From: a virus
Taxonomy: Duplodnaviria; Caudoviricetes
Length of the DNA stretch: 51,357 nucleotides
Reading direction: 5' to 3' (one strand)
Virus record (IMG/VR): IMGVR_UViG_3300020045_008814
Coordinates: 1 to 51,357 of that record
The notes below the pieces were generated by a model, which had not been told where the DNA came from, did not search any database, and saw nothing but the letters and a program-made list of their open reading frames with translations. The position numbers were made by a program, and so were the translations under genes. Of this stretch, positions 1 to 9,969 are shown in pieces (the first letter of the stretch is position 1; each line of letters starts with the position of its first letter).

Positions 1-1
1 C

Positions 2-43
2 GAACATATTTATCTTACAAGGGATTTTATTCCTACACATAAC
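2..43 (+). mobile_element. C-terminal end of an intein inserted in the terminase large subunit (rest lies upstream of the window)
   Basis: The frame of ORF 53..1714 is open to the window edge and reads EHIYLTRDFIPTHN|SFKMGS, an intein block F/G ending in His-Asn followed by a +1 Ser nucleophile (44-46). Confidence 0.85.
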
Positions 44-1714
44 TCATTCAAAATGGGTAGTTTATCTCCAAGAAATATGTATATATTGAGCGGGTCTGGT
101 AACCCAAATTTCCATCTTGCTAGTGATAAAACATTTTTAAATGGAGACAAGGGTGTGTTTGGTAAAGTTATTGATACGTTAGACTGGATTGCAACATACA
201 CACCACTACCAAAACTTAGGCTAACTGACAGTAAAAAATCTATGGAGATTCAGCTTGGATACCAAGATCAGTATGGGGTTAGGCAAGGTTTATTATCTAG
301 TGTATTTGGAATATCAATGAAAGATAATCCAGATAAAGCAAGGGGTATACGTGGCCCATTAATACATTATGAAGAAGACGGTGTGTTCCCAGATTTAGTT
401 GATACGTGGAATATCAACAGGAAAGCTACTGAAGATGGTGGTATTGCCTTTGGCTTCCAAATAAGTGGAGGCACTGGCGGCAGCATGGGCGCCAGTTTTG
501 CTGGATCAGAAAAATTGTTTTACTCTCCAGAAGAATTTAATATATATGGAATAAGTAATGTATATGATAAAAATACTACTGGTAATAGTAAATGTGGATT
601 TTTCTGGGGAGCCTATTTAAATAGAAACGAGTGTTATGATAAATCTACTGGTGAGCCAGATATAACAAAAGCTCTGTATATAATAATAAAAGACAGAGTT
701 TTGTTAAGAAGATCATCTGGTGACGCAAAATCAATAACTCAAAGAAAAGCTGAAGACCCAATAACTCCACAAGACGCTATTTTAAGAATTGAGGGAAGTA
801 TATTCCCAGTTCAAGATTTAAAAGAATATCTGGCAGAAATAATGCCTAATATACAAATGTTTACATCTGCACATTCAGTAGGTATATTCACTCCTGATAT
901 GAGTGGTAGTATCAAGTTTACTCATTCAGATAGTGTATTCCCAATACGTGAATTCCCAGCAACTGATAACAAAAGGGGCGCTGTTGAAATATTTGAGATG
1001 CCTGTAAAAACTAATAGTGATATGCGTTACGTTATAGGCCAAGATGTGATTGATGATGATGAAGTTAAGTACTCTGATTCATTAGGGAGTGCAATATGTT
1101 TTGATAGGTATACACGTAGAATTGTTTGTGAGTTTACAGGAAGGTTTAATACAGCTAATGAATTCTATGAAGTTACATACAGGATGGCTAAGTTTTATAA
1201 TGCTAAGATAATGTATGAAAACAACAAGAAAGGTATGTTTGCATTCTGCCATAATGTAAAGAAAGATATTCACATACTAGCTGACACACCAAGTATATTA
1301 AAGGATAAACAAGAGTTGAAAGTATCAGTTTTAAACACGTCAAAGGGAGTCAATGCTACTGGTCAAATAAATGCTTGGGCAAGGAAATTACAAGCTGACT
1401 GGATGCTCGAAGATGCTTATGATGAACTTGGTGAGTTTGATGAAGATGGTAATAAGAAGATGTCAATACCTAACTATAGAAAGATAAGGAGTATTGGTTA
1501 CTTAAAAGAATGTATTGCTTGGAATGGTGATATTAACTGTGATAGAGTAAGTGCTATGGGTATGTGTTTAATATATGATTCTGAATTAAATCAGTATGGT
1601 GTAAATGTATCTGTTGAGAAAGTTAAGACACTAGCTAATGATGCTTATTTTAATAGATTTGATAATAAGTTTAATAGTAAATTAATAATGAAGAAATATG
1701 GTTTTAAAGTTTAA
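2..1714 (+). CDS. terL: Terminase large subunit, 5'-truncated by the window (the ATG at 53 is internal)
   Basis: KARGIRG..IHYEEDG Walker B region, GGTGG coupling motif, RNase H-like nuclease motifs (YVIGQD, MYENN, DRVSAMG); directly upstream of the portal as in crAss-like phages. Confidence 0.92.
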   Translation, partial: EHIYLTRDFIPTHNSFKMGSLSPRNMYILSGSGNPNFHLASDKTFLNGDKGVFGKVIDTLDWIATYTPLPKLRLTDSKKSMEIQLGYQDQYGVRQGLLSSVFGISMKDNPDKARGIRGPLIHYEEDGVFPDLVDTWNINRKATEDGGIAFGFQISGGTGGSMGASFAGSEKLFYSPEEFNIYGISNVYDKNTTGNSKCGFFWGAYLNRNECYDKSTGEPDITKALYIIIKDRVLLRRSSGDAKSITQRKAEDPITPQDAILRIEGSIFPVQDLKEYLAEIMPNIQMFTSAHSVGIFTPDMSGSIKFTHSDSVFPIREFPATDNKRGAVEIFEMPVKTNSDMRYVIGQDVIDDDEVKYSDSLGSAICFDRYTRRIVCEFTGRFNTANEFYEVTYRMAKFYNAKIMYENNKKGMFAFCHNVKKDIHILADTPSILKDKQELKVSVLNTSKGVNATGQINAWARKLQADWMLEDAYDELGEFDEDGNKKMSIPNYRKIRSIGYLKECIAWNGDINCDRVSAMGMCLIYDSELNQYGVNVSVEKVKTLANDAYFNRFDNKFNSKLIMKKYGFKV

Positions 1715-1793
1715 TAAGCTATATGTACGCTTATTTTATTCCAATAATAATAATTAATAAGTAATTATGAATGAAATTTGTAAAAAATAGTAT

Positions 1794-4277
1794 ATGAGCA
1801 ATTTTGGTTTTACTCCATCATATTTCCCAGCTCAGAAGAAATTAGAGGCTGAAAAGAATAAAGAATGGTTTATTGACTGCGTAAAGACTGGTGTTAGCTT
1901 ATCTCAGTGGGGTAATGCAACAACCAGGTCATCAAATGTTAGGCCTACAAGAAAGAATAAGTTAATTAACTATAATTTAAGGTCTGATAAAATTGATCCA
2001 GCAGAAATTGAGAGGGTTACTAATCCATATAAACTTGATAATATGGATTTCCCAAGCATGTATAAGAATTACCCTCTTATAAACCCAGCCATGAATTTAC
2101 TTTGTGGTGAGGAAAGAAGGAGAATTTTTACACCTACAGTATCAGTAATAAATAGTGATGCGTTAACTCACAAGGTTTCTTTAATAAAAGAGAGGTTTAA
2201 TGATACTGCAATGCAGTTAATTTCACAAGAATCATTTGATGAGGAAGCTGCTAAGAAAAGGATTATTGAGTTTGATAAGTGGCGTAAGTATACTTACAAG
2301 GATATAAGGGAAAGAATGGGTTCCCAGGTGCTAAATTACTTATATCAAGTAAATGATTTAAAGGAAGAGTTCAGTAGGGGATTTGAAGATTTATTAATTG
2401 CTGCTGAAGAAATATATGTAATTGAGATAATTGGTGGAGAGCCTATATTAAGAAAAGGAAATCCATTAAACTTCTACACAATGCGTAGTGGTAATTCATG
2501 GAAGCTTGAAGATTCTGATATAATTGTTGAAGATACATATATGCCAATAGGCAGGGTTCTTGATAGGTATCATGACCATTTGAGTGATAAACAGGTTAAT
2601 TACATAGAATCATATCACTCAACACAAATAAATGGAAATTCTGGCCTATTTGAGAACCAATTATTAAATACATTTGGGCCAAGCAGCATAATACCTGAAA
2701 ATGAAATGCCTTATGCAAATAGTGATGTTTATTCTAACTACAATGGTTCATTTGATCCAGAAGGTAATGTTAGGGTAACAAGGGTTGTTTGGAGAGGTAT
2801 GAGAAAGATTAAGATTATCACAAAATATGATGACTTTGGTAATATAATTAAAGAGATTATGCCAGAACAGTATAAACCTAATAAAGAACTTGGTGAAACT
2901 GTTAAGGAAGAATGGATTACTGAATGGTATGAAGGCACCAGAATTGGTTCAGAAGAGTTTATAAAACTACAGCCATGTGACATACAGATAAGACATAGTG
3001 ATAATCCAAGTATATGCAACCCAGGAATAGTAGGAACAATATTTAATATAAATTCAAATACAGGTAGAAGTTTATTTGATGAAGCAAGAGATTTGCAGTA
3101 TTTATACAATTTCTACATGTATAATCTTGAGTTGTTATTTACTAAGTATAAAGGTAAAATAGCTAAGATGCCACTTCACTTAATACCAGATGGATGGACA
3201 ATTGATAAGTGGTTATATTATGCTGAATACCTTGGTTGGGCTGTTGTTGATGCATTTAATGAATCTCAGAAAGCTTCATTTAGAGGTAAACCTGCTGGAT
3301 TAATGAATGAGACTTCTCCAGTAATAGACCTTGAGATGGGTAATTTAATCCAGAATTACATACAAATGCTTGAGTTTGTTGAGAGAAGATTAAATGATCT
3401 AACTGGAGTAACACCTCAGAGAAAAGGTGCTATTGATAATAGGGAAACACTTGGTGGTGTTGAAAGAAGTGTTAATCAATCATCTTATGTAACAGAAAAG
3501 TGGTATGATATTCATGATAATACAAGGAAGAGGGCGTTAAGGGCATTATTAGAAGCTGCTAAAATAGCTTGGTCTGGACAGTCATTCTCTAAAGAATTTG
3601 TTCTTGACGATGGTACTAAACAAGTAATTGAGTTTGATTATGATAAATTTAAAGAATCTTCTTATGGTGTTGATATAACGTCTAGTTCTAATGACTTACA
3701 GGCATTATCAGCTATGAGGCAATTAGGTGATAGATTCCTTCAAAGTGGTGGTTCATTAGGAATTATTGCTGACTTATACAGGACCAAGAGTGTTACTGAT
3801 ATGCAGAGAAAAATTGAAACATATGAAGAAGACTTAAGAAAGAGACAAGAAGAAGCTGATACTCAACAAAACCAAGCTAATATGCAAATAGCTCAGCAAG
3901 CAAATGAACTTGAGCAAGCTAGATTAGATCAAGAGTATGCTTTAGAGATTGAGAAGTTAGATAGAGAGGACATGAATAAACAGCTTGACAGGGAGTATAA
4001 GATTAATGCTGAAACTATTAAAGCTATGGGAATGTCTGGTGAAACTGACTCTGATTCAAATGGAATACCTGATATAATGGAACAGAATAAATTTGCATTA
4101 GAACAAATTAAAGAGGGTTTTAATCAATCATTAAAAGAGAGAGAATTAAGGCTTAAAAATAAGGAGTTGGATAGTAAGGAATCTCTTGAGAAAGATAAGA
4201 TGAAATTAGCTGAGAAAAAGCTTAAAAATGACTATAGGATAGCAAAGATGAATAAGAATAAACACGATAAGAAATGA
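1794..4277 (+). CDS. Portal protein
   Basis: 827 aa downstream of terminase; crAss-type motifs (NYPLINP..NLL.GEE, Q.LYN, TGVTPQRKG...RETLGGVERSV.QS); coiled-coil C-terminus with a DSDSNGIPD motif. Confidence 0.9.
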   Translation: MSNFGFTPSYFPAQKKLEAEKNKEWFIDCVKTGVSLSQWGNATTRSSNVRPTRKNKLINYNLRSDKIDPAEIERVTNPYKLDNMDFPSMYKNYPLINPAMNLLCGEERRRIFTPTVSVINSDALTHKVSLIKERFNDTAMQLISQESFDEEAAKKRIIEFDKWRKYTYKDIRERMGSQVLNYLYQVNDLKEEFSRGFEDLLIAAEEIYVIEIIGGEPILRKGNPLNFYTMRSGNSWKLEDSDIIVEDTYMPIGRVLDRYHDHLSDKQVNYIESYHSTQINGNSGLFENQLLNTFGPSSIIPENEMPYANSDVYSNYNGSFDPEGNVRVTRVVWRGMRKIKIITKYDDFGNIIKEIMPEQYKPNKELGETVKEEWITEWYEGTRIGSEEFIKLQPCDIQIRHSDNPSICNPGIVGTIFNINSNTGRSLFDEARDLQYLYNFYMYNLELLFTKYKGKIAKMPLHLIPDGWTIDKWLYYAEYLGWAVVDAFNESQKASFRGKPAGLMNETSPVIDLEMGNLIQNYIQMLEFVERRLNDLTGVTPQRKGAIDNRETLGGVERSVNQSSYVTEKWYDIHDNTRKRALRALLEAAKIAWSGQSFSKEFVLDDGTKQVIEFDYDKFKESSYGVDITSSSNDLQALSAMRQLGDRFLQSGGSLGIIADLYRTKSVTDMQRKIETYEEDLRKRQEEADTQQNQANMQIAQQANELEQARLDQEYALEIEKLDREDMNKQLDREYKINAETIKAMGMSGETDSDSNGIPDIMEQNKFALEQIKEGFNQSLKERELRLKNKELDSKESLEKDKMKLAEKKLKNDYRIAKMNKNKHDKK

Positions 4278-4780
4278 AATTACAAGGAAGATTAAGTGAT
4301 AAATTGTATTCACTACTTAATAATCAGATTAAGAATGAACTTGATAGCTCAAGATTGTATTTAGCAATGAGTGAATGGGCTGGTTTTAATGGGTGGAGTG
4401 GCGCTGCAAAGTTATGGAGAATGTATTCAGAAGAAGAGCAAAAGCATATGCATCTATTTTATGAATATTTACAAGATAGAGATGCTATGCCAGAAACACC
4501 AATAGCTAAAGTACAACCAACTGAGTTTGATTCAATTGACAATGTAATTGATATGACAAATAGCCATGAAGTACAAGTAAGTACGTGGATTAAAGATATT
4601 GCACTGGCTGCTCTTACTGAAAAGGATTTGCATACATATGGTTTTGCAATGAAGATGATGTCTGAACAAATTGAAGAAGAGGCTAAAGCACTTTATTGGG
4701 TTGATAGAAGGAATATGCTTAAATCAACAAATACTCCATTATATCATCTTGACAAGGAGTTTGAAGAAAAAGCTGGATGA
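4274..4780 (+). CDS. ftnA: Non-heme bacterial-type ferritin (FtnA-like)
   Basis: LNNQIKNEL.SS.LYLAMS, EEExxH, HE and EQxEEE motifs. Ferroxidase ligands E22, Y29, E54, E55, H58, E99, E131, Q132, E135 match E. coli FtnA numbering with a +5 offset. ATGA overlap with the portal stop. Confidence 0.9.
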   Translation: MKLQGRLSDKLYSLLNNQIKNELDSSRLYLAMSEWAGFNGWSGAAKLWRMYSEEEQKHMHLFYEYLQDRDAMPETPIAKVQPTEFDSIDNVIDMTNSHEVQVSTWIKDIALAALTEKDLHTYGFAMKMMSEQIEEEAKALYWVDRRNMLKSTNTPLYHLDKEFEEKAG

Positions 4781-4866
4781 TTAGGCTATAATACAACTCA
4801 GCTATAAACAATATAATAATGTATAATATTAATAATCAACAATATTTTTAACACAATTTTAAAATT

Positions 4867-6066
4867 ATGACAAAAGAAGCAGGAAGTAAAAGTGAATTAT
4901 TAACCCTATTTGATGATGATGAATTATTTGATGTAGGGTTCCCAGGAGAAGGAAATAATGATAATGACTCTCCATTTGCAGTAGTTGAAGATGTGGAAGA
5001 AACTGTAAGTAAGAAAGAAGTTAAGAAGCAAGAAGTAGCTAAGAAGGAAACTGAAGAAAATCTGGAGTTTAATCCAGAAGAATTACTGAACAAGAATACT
5101 AATGAAGATAATGAAGCACCCCAAGTCAATAATGATAATAACAACTCAAGTCCTGCTTCAATCTTTGCCACATTCTTACTTGATAAAGGGGTGCTCTCTT
5201 CATTTAATCAAGAAGAATTTAATACATATTTAAAAGAGAATGGTGAAGAAGAAGCTTTGAGTTATTTGTACGAAGTAGAGGTTGAGTCAAGATACAGTGA
5301 TGCTAAGAAACAATTAGCTGAAGATAAGAGTGAGATACTTACCTATTTTGACATGCTTGACAGTGGTGTTGATCCAAATGAGGCCAAGCCTTTAGCGTAC
5401 GAAAAGAAGAAATACTCTTCAATTAAAGAGAATGAGCTTGAAGATAATGAGTCTTTAAGAAAAGATATTCTTAATATGTATTACAAGAGCAAAGGATTTT
5501 CACAGAAGGAAATTGACAGGTCCGTTAAATCTTTGGTTAATTCTGGTGAAGATGTTGAGGCTGCTAAAGATTCATTAAAAGAGTTAAATGCATCAATTGA
5601 TAAGAGAATAAAGGAGGCTGAAGTTAATGCTAAGAAAGAGTATGATGAAGCTGAGAGAAGGAGAGTTGAGTTGATTAATAATCTTCATAGTAAAGTTGAT
5701 TCAACTAAAGAAATATTTGGTAATAGTATAAATAAACAGACACATACTAAGCTTAAAGAGTTTTTAACACCAGTTGAATCTAATGGTAGAATGGTTGATG
5801 GATTAACTAATTGGTTGATAAAAGATCCTGACAATAAGATTAAACTGGCTTATATGATACTTTCTGGTATAGCTGATGGTGATTTAAGTAAGATTAATAA
5901 TATAAAGAAAACATCTGCTATTAATGAACTTGAGAAAGCTTTAAAAACAAATAAAGCTTCAATAAGTGAGGGTAATCATACAATTGAGCAAGGTTCAAAA
6001 ACAAGTGCATTAGATGCGTTAACAAAAGCAATGGATAATAATAAACAATTTCCTAAAAAGAATTAA
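4867..6066 (+). CDS. Acidic scaffold-like/head assembly protein
   Basis: Very acidic N-terminus, helical character, immediately upstream of the major capsid gene (conserved crAss-like position). Confidence 0.65.
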   Translation: MTKEAGSKSELLTLFDDDELFDVGFPGEGNNDNDSPFAVVEDVEETVSKKEVKKQEVAKKETEENLEFNPEELLNKNTNEDNEAPQVNNDNNNSSPASIFATFLLDKGVLSSFNQEEFNTYLKENGEEEALSYLYEVEVESRYSDAKKQLAEDKSEILTYFDMLDSGVDPNEAKPLAYEKKKYSSIKENELEDNESLRKDILNMYYKSKGFSQKEIDRSVKSLVNSGEDVEAAKDSLKELNASIDKRIKEAEVNAKKEYDEAERRRVELINNLHSKVDSTKEIFGNSINKQTHTKLKEFLTPVESNGRMVDGLTNWLIKDPDNKIKLAYMILSGIADGDLSKINNIKKTSAINELEKALKTNKASISEGNHTIEQGSKTSALDALTKAMDNNKQFPKKN

Positions 6067-6086
6067 AAAACTGACATTTTTAGAAT

Positions 6087-7583
6087 ATGAGAGTAAGTGC
6101 ATTACAAACGTTAGAACCCCAGTATTGGGGAAAAGTCACAACTGAAGAGAACTTAGCTGTGATGGGTATGATAAAACCTCAATATATATCTAACTTAATA
6201 GATATGGTTTATGAGGTGAATTATGGTGCTGACAATATCGTGTCATTAATTGATAGATTTCCTGTTAGGTACCTTGATGAAGATAATGAGTATAGATGGA
6301 GATTACAAGGTAGTGAAGAAAGAAGTATTGGATTAGTTGCAGCTACTTTAACTAATAGCCCATCTGCTTCACAAATTACTGATGCTGATAGAGCTGGTTT
6401 AGGATTTAGTGAATTTTATGTTTGGTTTGCTGAGGATTTCTTTAGTATAACCTCTGTAATGGCTGGTAATAAACCTGAGAAATTCTTATTGAGATCAAAT
6501 GCTGATCCTATTCAAGTAGGTGGGTATTTTGGTTATAAAGTACAAATAGTTGGTAGTGATCCTAACACATGGATTGAAGCTGAAGATTTAGCTGCTAATA
6601 CACTATGGTCTGAAATGTATGGCTTAGTTGAGAAGAATAGCTCTGTACGTGGTAATGAAGTTAAACATGCGTCTCATTTTGAATTCCAGAATAGAATGTC
6701 TGTTATACGTAAGCAATATGAAGTTCAGGGTAACATGATCTCTAAAGGTAAGAATGCTCCTATGGCATTTGCATTTTCTGACCAAGATGGAGTTAAACAT
6801 ACTGCTTGGATTGGAAAATTAGAGTGGGACTTCTTAAAGCAATTCCGTAGAGATAAAGGCAGATTATTGTTGTATGGTAAGTCAACTGTTAACCAAAATG
6901 GTGAGTCCTTTATTAAGGGCGAGACTGGTAACTCAGTTTATGCTGGATATGGATTATATGAGCAAATGGAGGGTGGTAATTTCTTACACTACAATGATTT
7001 CTCATTAAAGATGCTTACAGACTTTGCCATGGGTATGATGGTTGGTAAAGTTAAAGAAGATAAGCGTGAGCTTGTAATGTCTACTGGTGAATGGGGATTG
7101 TATCAAATACATAAGGCTATTGCTGAAAGAGGTGCTGAAATAGGATGGTTGAGAAGTAACCACAACTTTAGTAGCGCTGGTGATGGTAAAATGAAATTGT
7201 CTGAAGGGCAATTCATTGAATATGAATTCATCAATGGTATTAAGTTTAAAGTAGTCCTTGATCCAATTAAAGATGATCCAGTTCACAATAAAATTAAGCA
7301 TCCAAATGGTGGCTTAGCTAGTTCGTATATTTATGACATCTGGGATTTTGGTACAACTAATGGTAATCCAAATATTCAGAGAGTTGCTCAGAAAGATAAT
7401 GAAGAATTGTACTTCTGTTTGAATGGTATAAGAGATCCATATAGTGCTTACAACAATCTATCTGCTCCAAGAAGTGTTAATAGCTTTAAGGATGGTTATA
7501 TGGTTGGAAAATGGTATCAGGGTGGTATCCAATTAAACAACCCATTGAAGACTGGTAGGATCTATCCAACTATGTTAAAATAA
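6087..7583 (+). CDS. Major capsid protein (crAss-like, HK97 fold)
   Basis: 498 aa; EYRWRL, TGEWG, Y.F.NGI.F.V..DP..DD and DFGTTNGNPNIQ motifs; synteny; followed by a hairpin terminator. Confidence 0.9.
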   Translation: MRVSALQTLEPQYWGKVTTEENLAVMGMIKPQYISNLIDMVYEVNYGADNIVSLIDRFPVRYLDEDNEYRWRLQGSEERSIGLVAATLTNSPSASQITDADRAGLGFSEFYVWFAEDFFSITSVMAGNKPEKFLLRSNADPIQVGGYFGYKVQIVGSDPNTWIEAEDLAANTLWSEMYGLVEKNSSVRGNEVKHASHFEFQNRMSVIRKQYEVQGNMISKGKNAPMAFAFSDQDGVKHTAWIGKLEWDFLKQFRRDKGRLLLYGKSTVNQNGESFIKGETGNSVYAGYGLYEQMEGGNFLHYNDFSLKMLTDFAMGMMVGKVKEDKRELVMSTGEWGLYQIHKAIAERGAEIGWLRSNHNFSSAGDGKMKLSEGQFIEYEFINGIKFKVVLDPIKDDPVHNKIKHPNGGLASSYIYDIWDFGTTNGNPNIQRVAQKDNEELYFCLNGIRDPYSAYNNLSAPRSVNSFKDGYMVGKWYQGGIQLNNPLKTGRIYPTMLK

Positions 7584-7604
7584 CCTTAATCATATTATTT
7601 ATGC

Positions 7605-7641
7605 TAGTGTGGTATGATTTACTCTGCCACACTATTGTTTT
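7605..7641 (+). terminator. Putative intrinsic terminator after the major capsid gene
   Basis: TAGTGTGGTA (7605-7614) pairs with TGCCACACTA (7625-7634), followed by TTGTTTT. Confidence 0.6.
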
Positions 7642-7696
7642 ATATAGGCGTGTTAAATCATAAATTAGCACAAAATTTAAACAAAAAAGTATAATT

Positions 7697-8629
7697 ATGG
7701 CAAAGGAAACTATTGAAGTGAAGCAAAAAGAAAAGACAATTAATGATTTTTTAAAGAATGAAGTTGTGTTTATTAAGCCAATTATAAGGCATGGTAAAAT
7801 GGGTATAACTGATCCTAAGCATATTGCTTGTTTTAAGATGGAAGGTTCATCTGATGGATACACTGTTAAGTATGAAGGATTACCTGGTGGTGGTTTAAAA
7901 GTTGTAAATCCATTCTCAAATGATGATGAAAGAATAGCTTTTGAACAAGCTATTGGAACAAACTTAAATGTTAATGATAAAAACTGTGAGTATTGGAAAC
8001 AATATGTTTACACAATAACTAAAACTCCTCAATTAATGAATCTTGGTATTAAACTGTATTTAAACGAGATAAATGATGCTATTGCTTACAGAGTATTAAA
8101 AACATGGACAAGGGAATTTGCTCCTGATTGGGATTCAAGAAATGATAAAACTTCATATAAATATGCTTTTGTTACAGCAGATTATAAGGAGAAAAAGGAT
8201 TCATCATCACTAGACGAAGCTATTGAGATTGGTAGGATTGTTGAAGACTTAACTAAGTCAACATCAAGACTAAGGAACTTTATTAATATATATTATCAGT
8301 CTAAGAATAAGTTTATTGAGATGCAGCCAGATTCAACTGAGCATCAATTAAAATCTGAGTTAAAGAAGATAATTGACATTGATAAAGATAAGGTTATTGA
8401 GATAATGAATGATAAGCAAATATATAATCTTCGAGATTTGATTAATACGTGTCTTAATAAAGGTATTATATCAAGGAGAGGTGCTGCTTCATATGAGATA
8501 CCTGGTTTAGATGGAGTTACATACACGTATAAAGAGCTTGTTAATCAGCTTAAAAAGTGGGATAATAATGGTAACCCAACTGAAACATTATACATTAAAC
8601 TTCTTGCATTAGCTAAGAAAGATGAATAA
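7697..8629 (+). CDS. Conserved crAss-like protein downstream of the major capsid gene, function unknown
   Basis: 310-aa ORF in the conserved post-capsid position. Confidence 0.55.
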   Translation: MAKETIEVKQKEKTINDFLKNEVVFIKPIIRHGKMGITDPKHIACFKMEGSSDGYTVKYEGLPGGGLKVVNPFSNDDERIAFEQAIGTNLNVNDKNCEYWKQYVYTITKTPQLMNLGIKLYLNEINDAIAYRVLKTWTREFAPDWDSRNDKTSYKYAFVTADYKEKKDSSSLDEAIEIGRIVEDLTKSTSRLRNFINIYYQSKNKFIEMQPDSTEHQLKSELKKIIDIDKDKVIEIMNDKQIYNLRDLINTCLNKGIISRRGAASYEIPGLDGVTYTYKELVNQLKKWDNNGNPTETLYIKLLALAKKDE

Positions 8630-8632
8630 AAA

Positions 8633-9280
8633 ATGACTACAGTAGAATTTAAATACAGATTCAATGTTAAGCTTGAGGCAGATGCAAATCTAGCCCCAGG
8701 CTTTACTGATTCTGAGATTAGTGAGTATTTAAAAATGTCTGAAAAGAGTATTATAGATGAATATATTAAGAATGAAGATTATCATAGCATACATACTCTA
8801 ATAAAAGAGTCTTTGCTAACATTAACACTTGATTCAACATACACTCCTCAATCAATACATACTTTTGACATACCAGCAGACTTCTATACTGAGATAGAGG
8901 TTAAATTAAAAAATGAAAGAAAGTTCCCAGTTACTGATTCATCTGGTAGTTTCAGATTAGGATGGTACCCATGTAAAAGAATTAATAGTGAAGACATGAG
9001 CAAGTTTTTTAAAAATACTTATATAAATGATACTATTTACTTCAAGGAGCCAAAGTTCATAATAGGCACAAATTTAAAGGGAAATATCTTACAGGATGCT
9101 TATTCACAGATACCTAATTTAACTAGCTGCTTGAGCCTAAAATACATCAAAAAACCAGTATCAATAAATATTGGTACTTCAACAACGTCTGAATTACCAG
9201 AACTATTACATAATGATATAGTTAACTTAGCAGTTGAGTTAGCAATAAAATCAACATTAGTAACAAAATTACAGCAATGA
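8633..9280 (+). CDS. Tail ring/adaptor protein paralog 1
   Basis: N-terminal MT..EF...F...EISEYL and C-terminal LKYIKKP...ELPELLHNDIV.LAV motifs typical of crAss ring proteins. Confidence 0.7.
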   Translation: MTTVEFKYRFNVKLEADANLAPGFTDSEISEYLKMSEKSIIDEYIKNEDYHSIHTLIKESLLTLTLDSTYTPQSIHTFDIPADFYTEIEVKLKNERKFPVTDSSGSFRLGWYPCKRINSEDMSKFFKNTYINDTIYFKEPKFIIGTNLKGNILQDAYSQIPNLTSCLSLKYIKKPVSINIGTSTTSELPELLHNDIVNLAVELAIKSTLVTKLQQ

Positions 9281-9969
9281 CAGGCCTAGGAATGCAAATA
9301 CAGTTTGAGAGATTATTATATACTCTTGACCCAGAATTTAATGCAAGTAAAAAGCTTGATACTGATGAAATATTTGCTTTTATAAATAAGGCTGAAAGGC
9401 AGTATATAAAGGATAATTTCTTGTATGGCAAAACAGTTGCTGAGAATGCTGAAATATTAAAGAAGAATTCTGATTTATTGAGAAGATACATATCTCAAAC
9501 AACAATAAGTTTATCAACTCTTCCAGTTGGTAGCCCAGAGAATGCTAAGGATGGAGTAATGGATAATAACACATCAACTAATTATGATGCATTTATATCA
9601 GCAATTGCAATGAATTTAACAAGAACTCAGCCATTTGTATTTTCTGGTAAAAATGTTGAGTGTAAGGTAATTGAGCCTGGTAGAACTGATATGGCAATAT
9701 CATCAAATGGGTATAATTCTCCATTATTAATAAACCCAATGATTGAGTTTTATACATCTCCAGACAATAGGATAAGGGTTTATTTTGATAACTATTGCTC
9801 ATTAAGCTATATCAAGCTCACATATTTATCAAAGCCAAGCCTAATAAGTGGGACAGTTGATTGTAAATTGCCTGACCATCTGCATGAAAGGATTGTTGAA
9901 GATGCAGTGAAAATGTTTTTAACTTATAAAGGACTTGTAAGAGATGAATCTGGTACGAATGCAATATGA
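9277..9969 (+). CDS. Tail ring/adaptor protein paralog 2
   Basis: EIFAFINKAE and LTYLSKP...CKLPDHLHERIVEDAV motifs; ATGA overlap. Confidence 0.7.
   Translation: MTGLGMQIQFERLLYTLDPEFNASKKLDTDEIFAFINKAERQYIKDNFLYGKTVAENAEILKKNSDLLRRYISQTTISLSTLPVGSPENAKDGVMDNNTSTNYDAFISAIAMNLTRTQPFVFSGKNVECKVIEPGRTDMAISSNGYNSPLLINPMIEFYTSPDNRIRVYFDNYCSLSYIKLTYLSKPSLISGTVDCKLPDHLHERIVEDAVKMFLTYKGLVRDESGTNAI

Noticed and set aside
4048-4074. DSDSNGIPD calcium-binding-like motif in the portal tail
   Set aside because: A single motif that I recall as common in crAss-like portals; not unusual.
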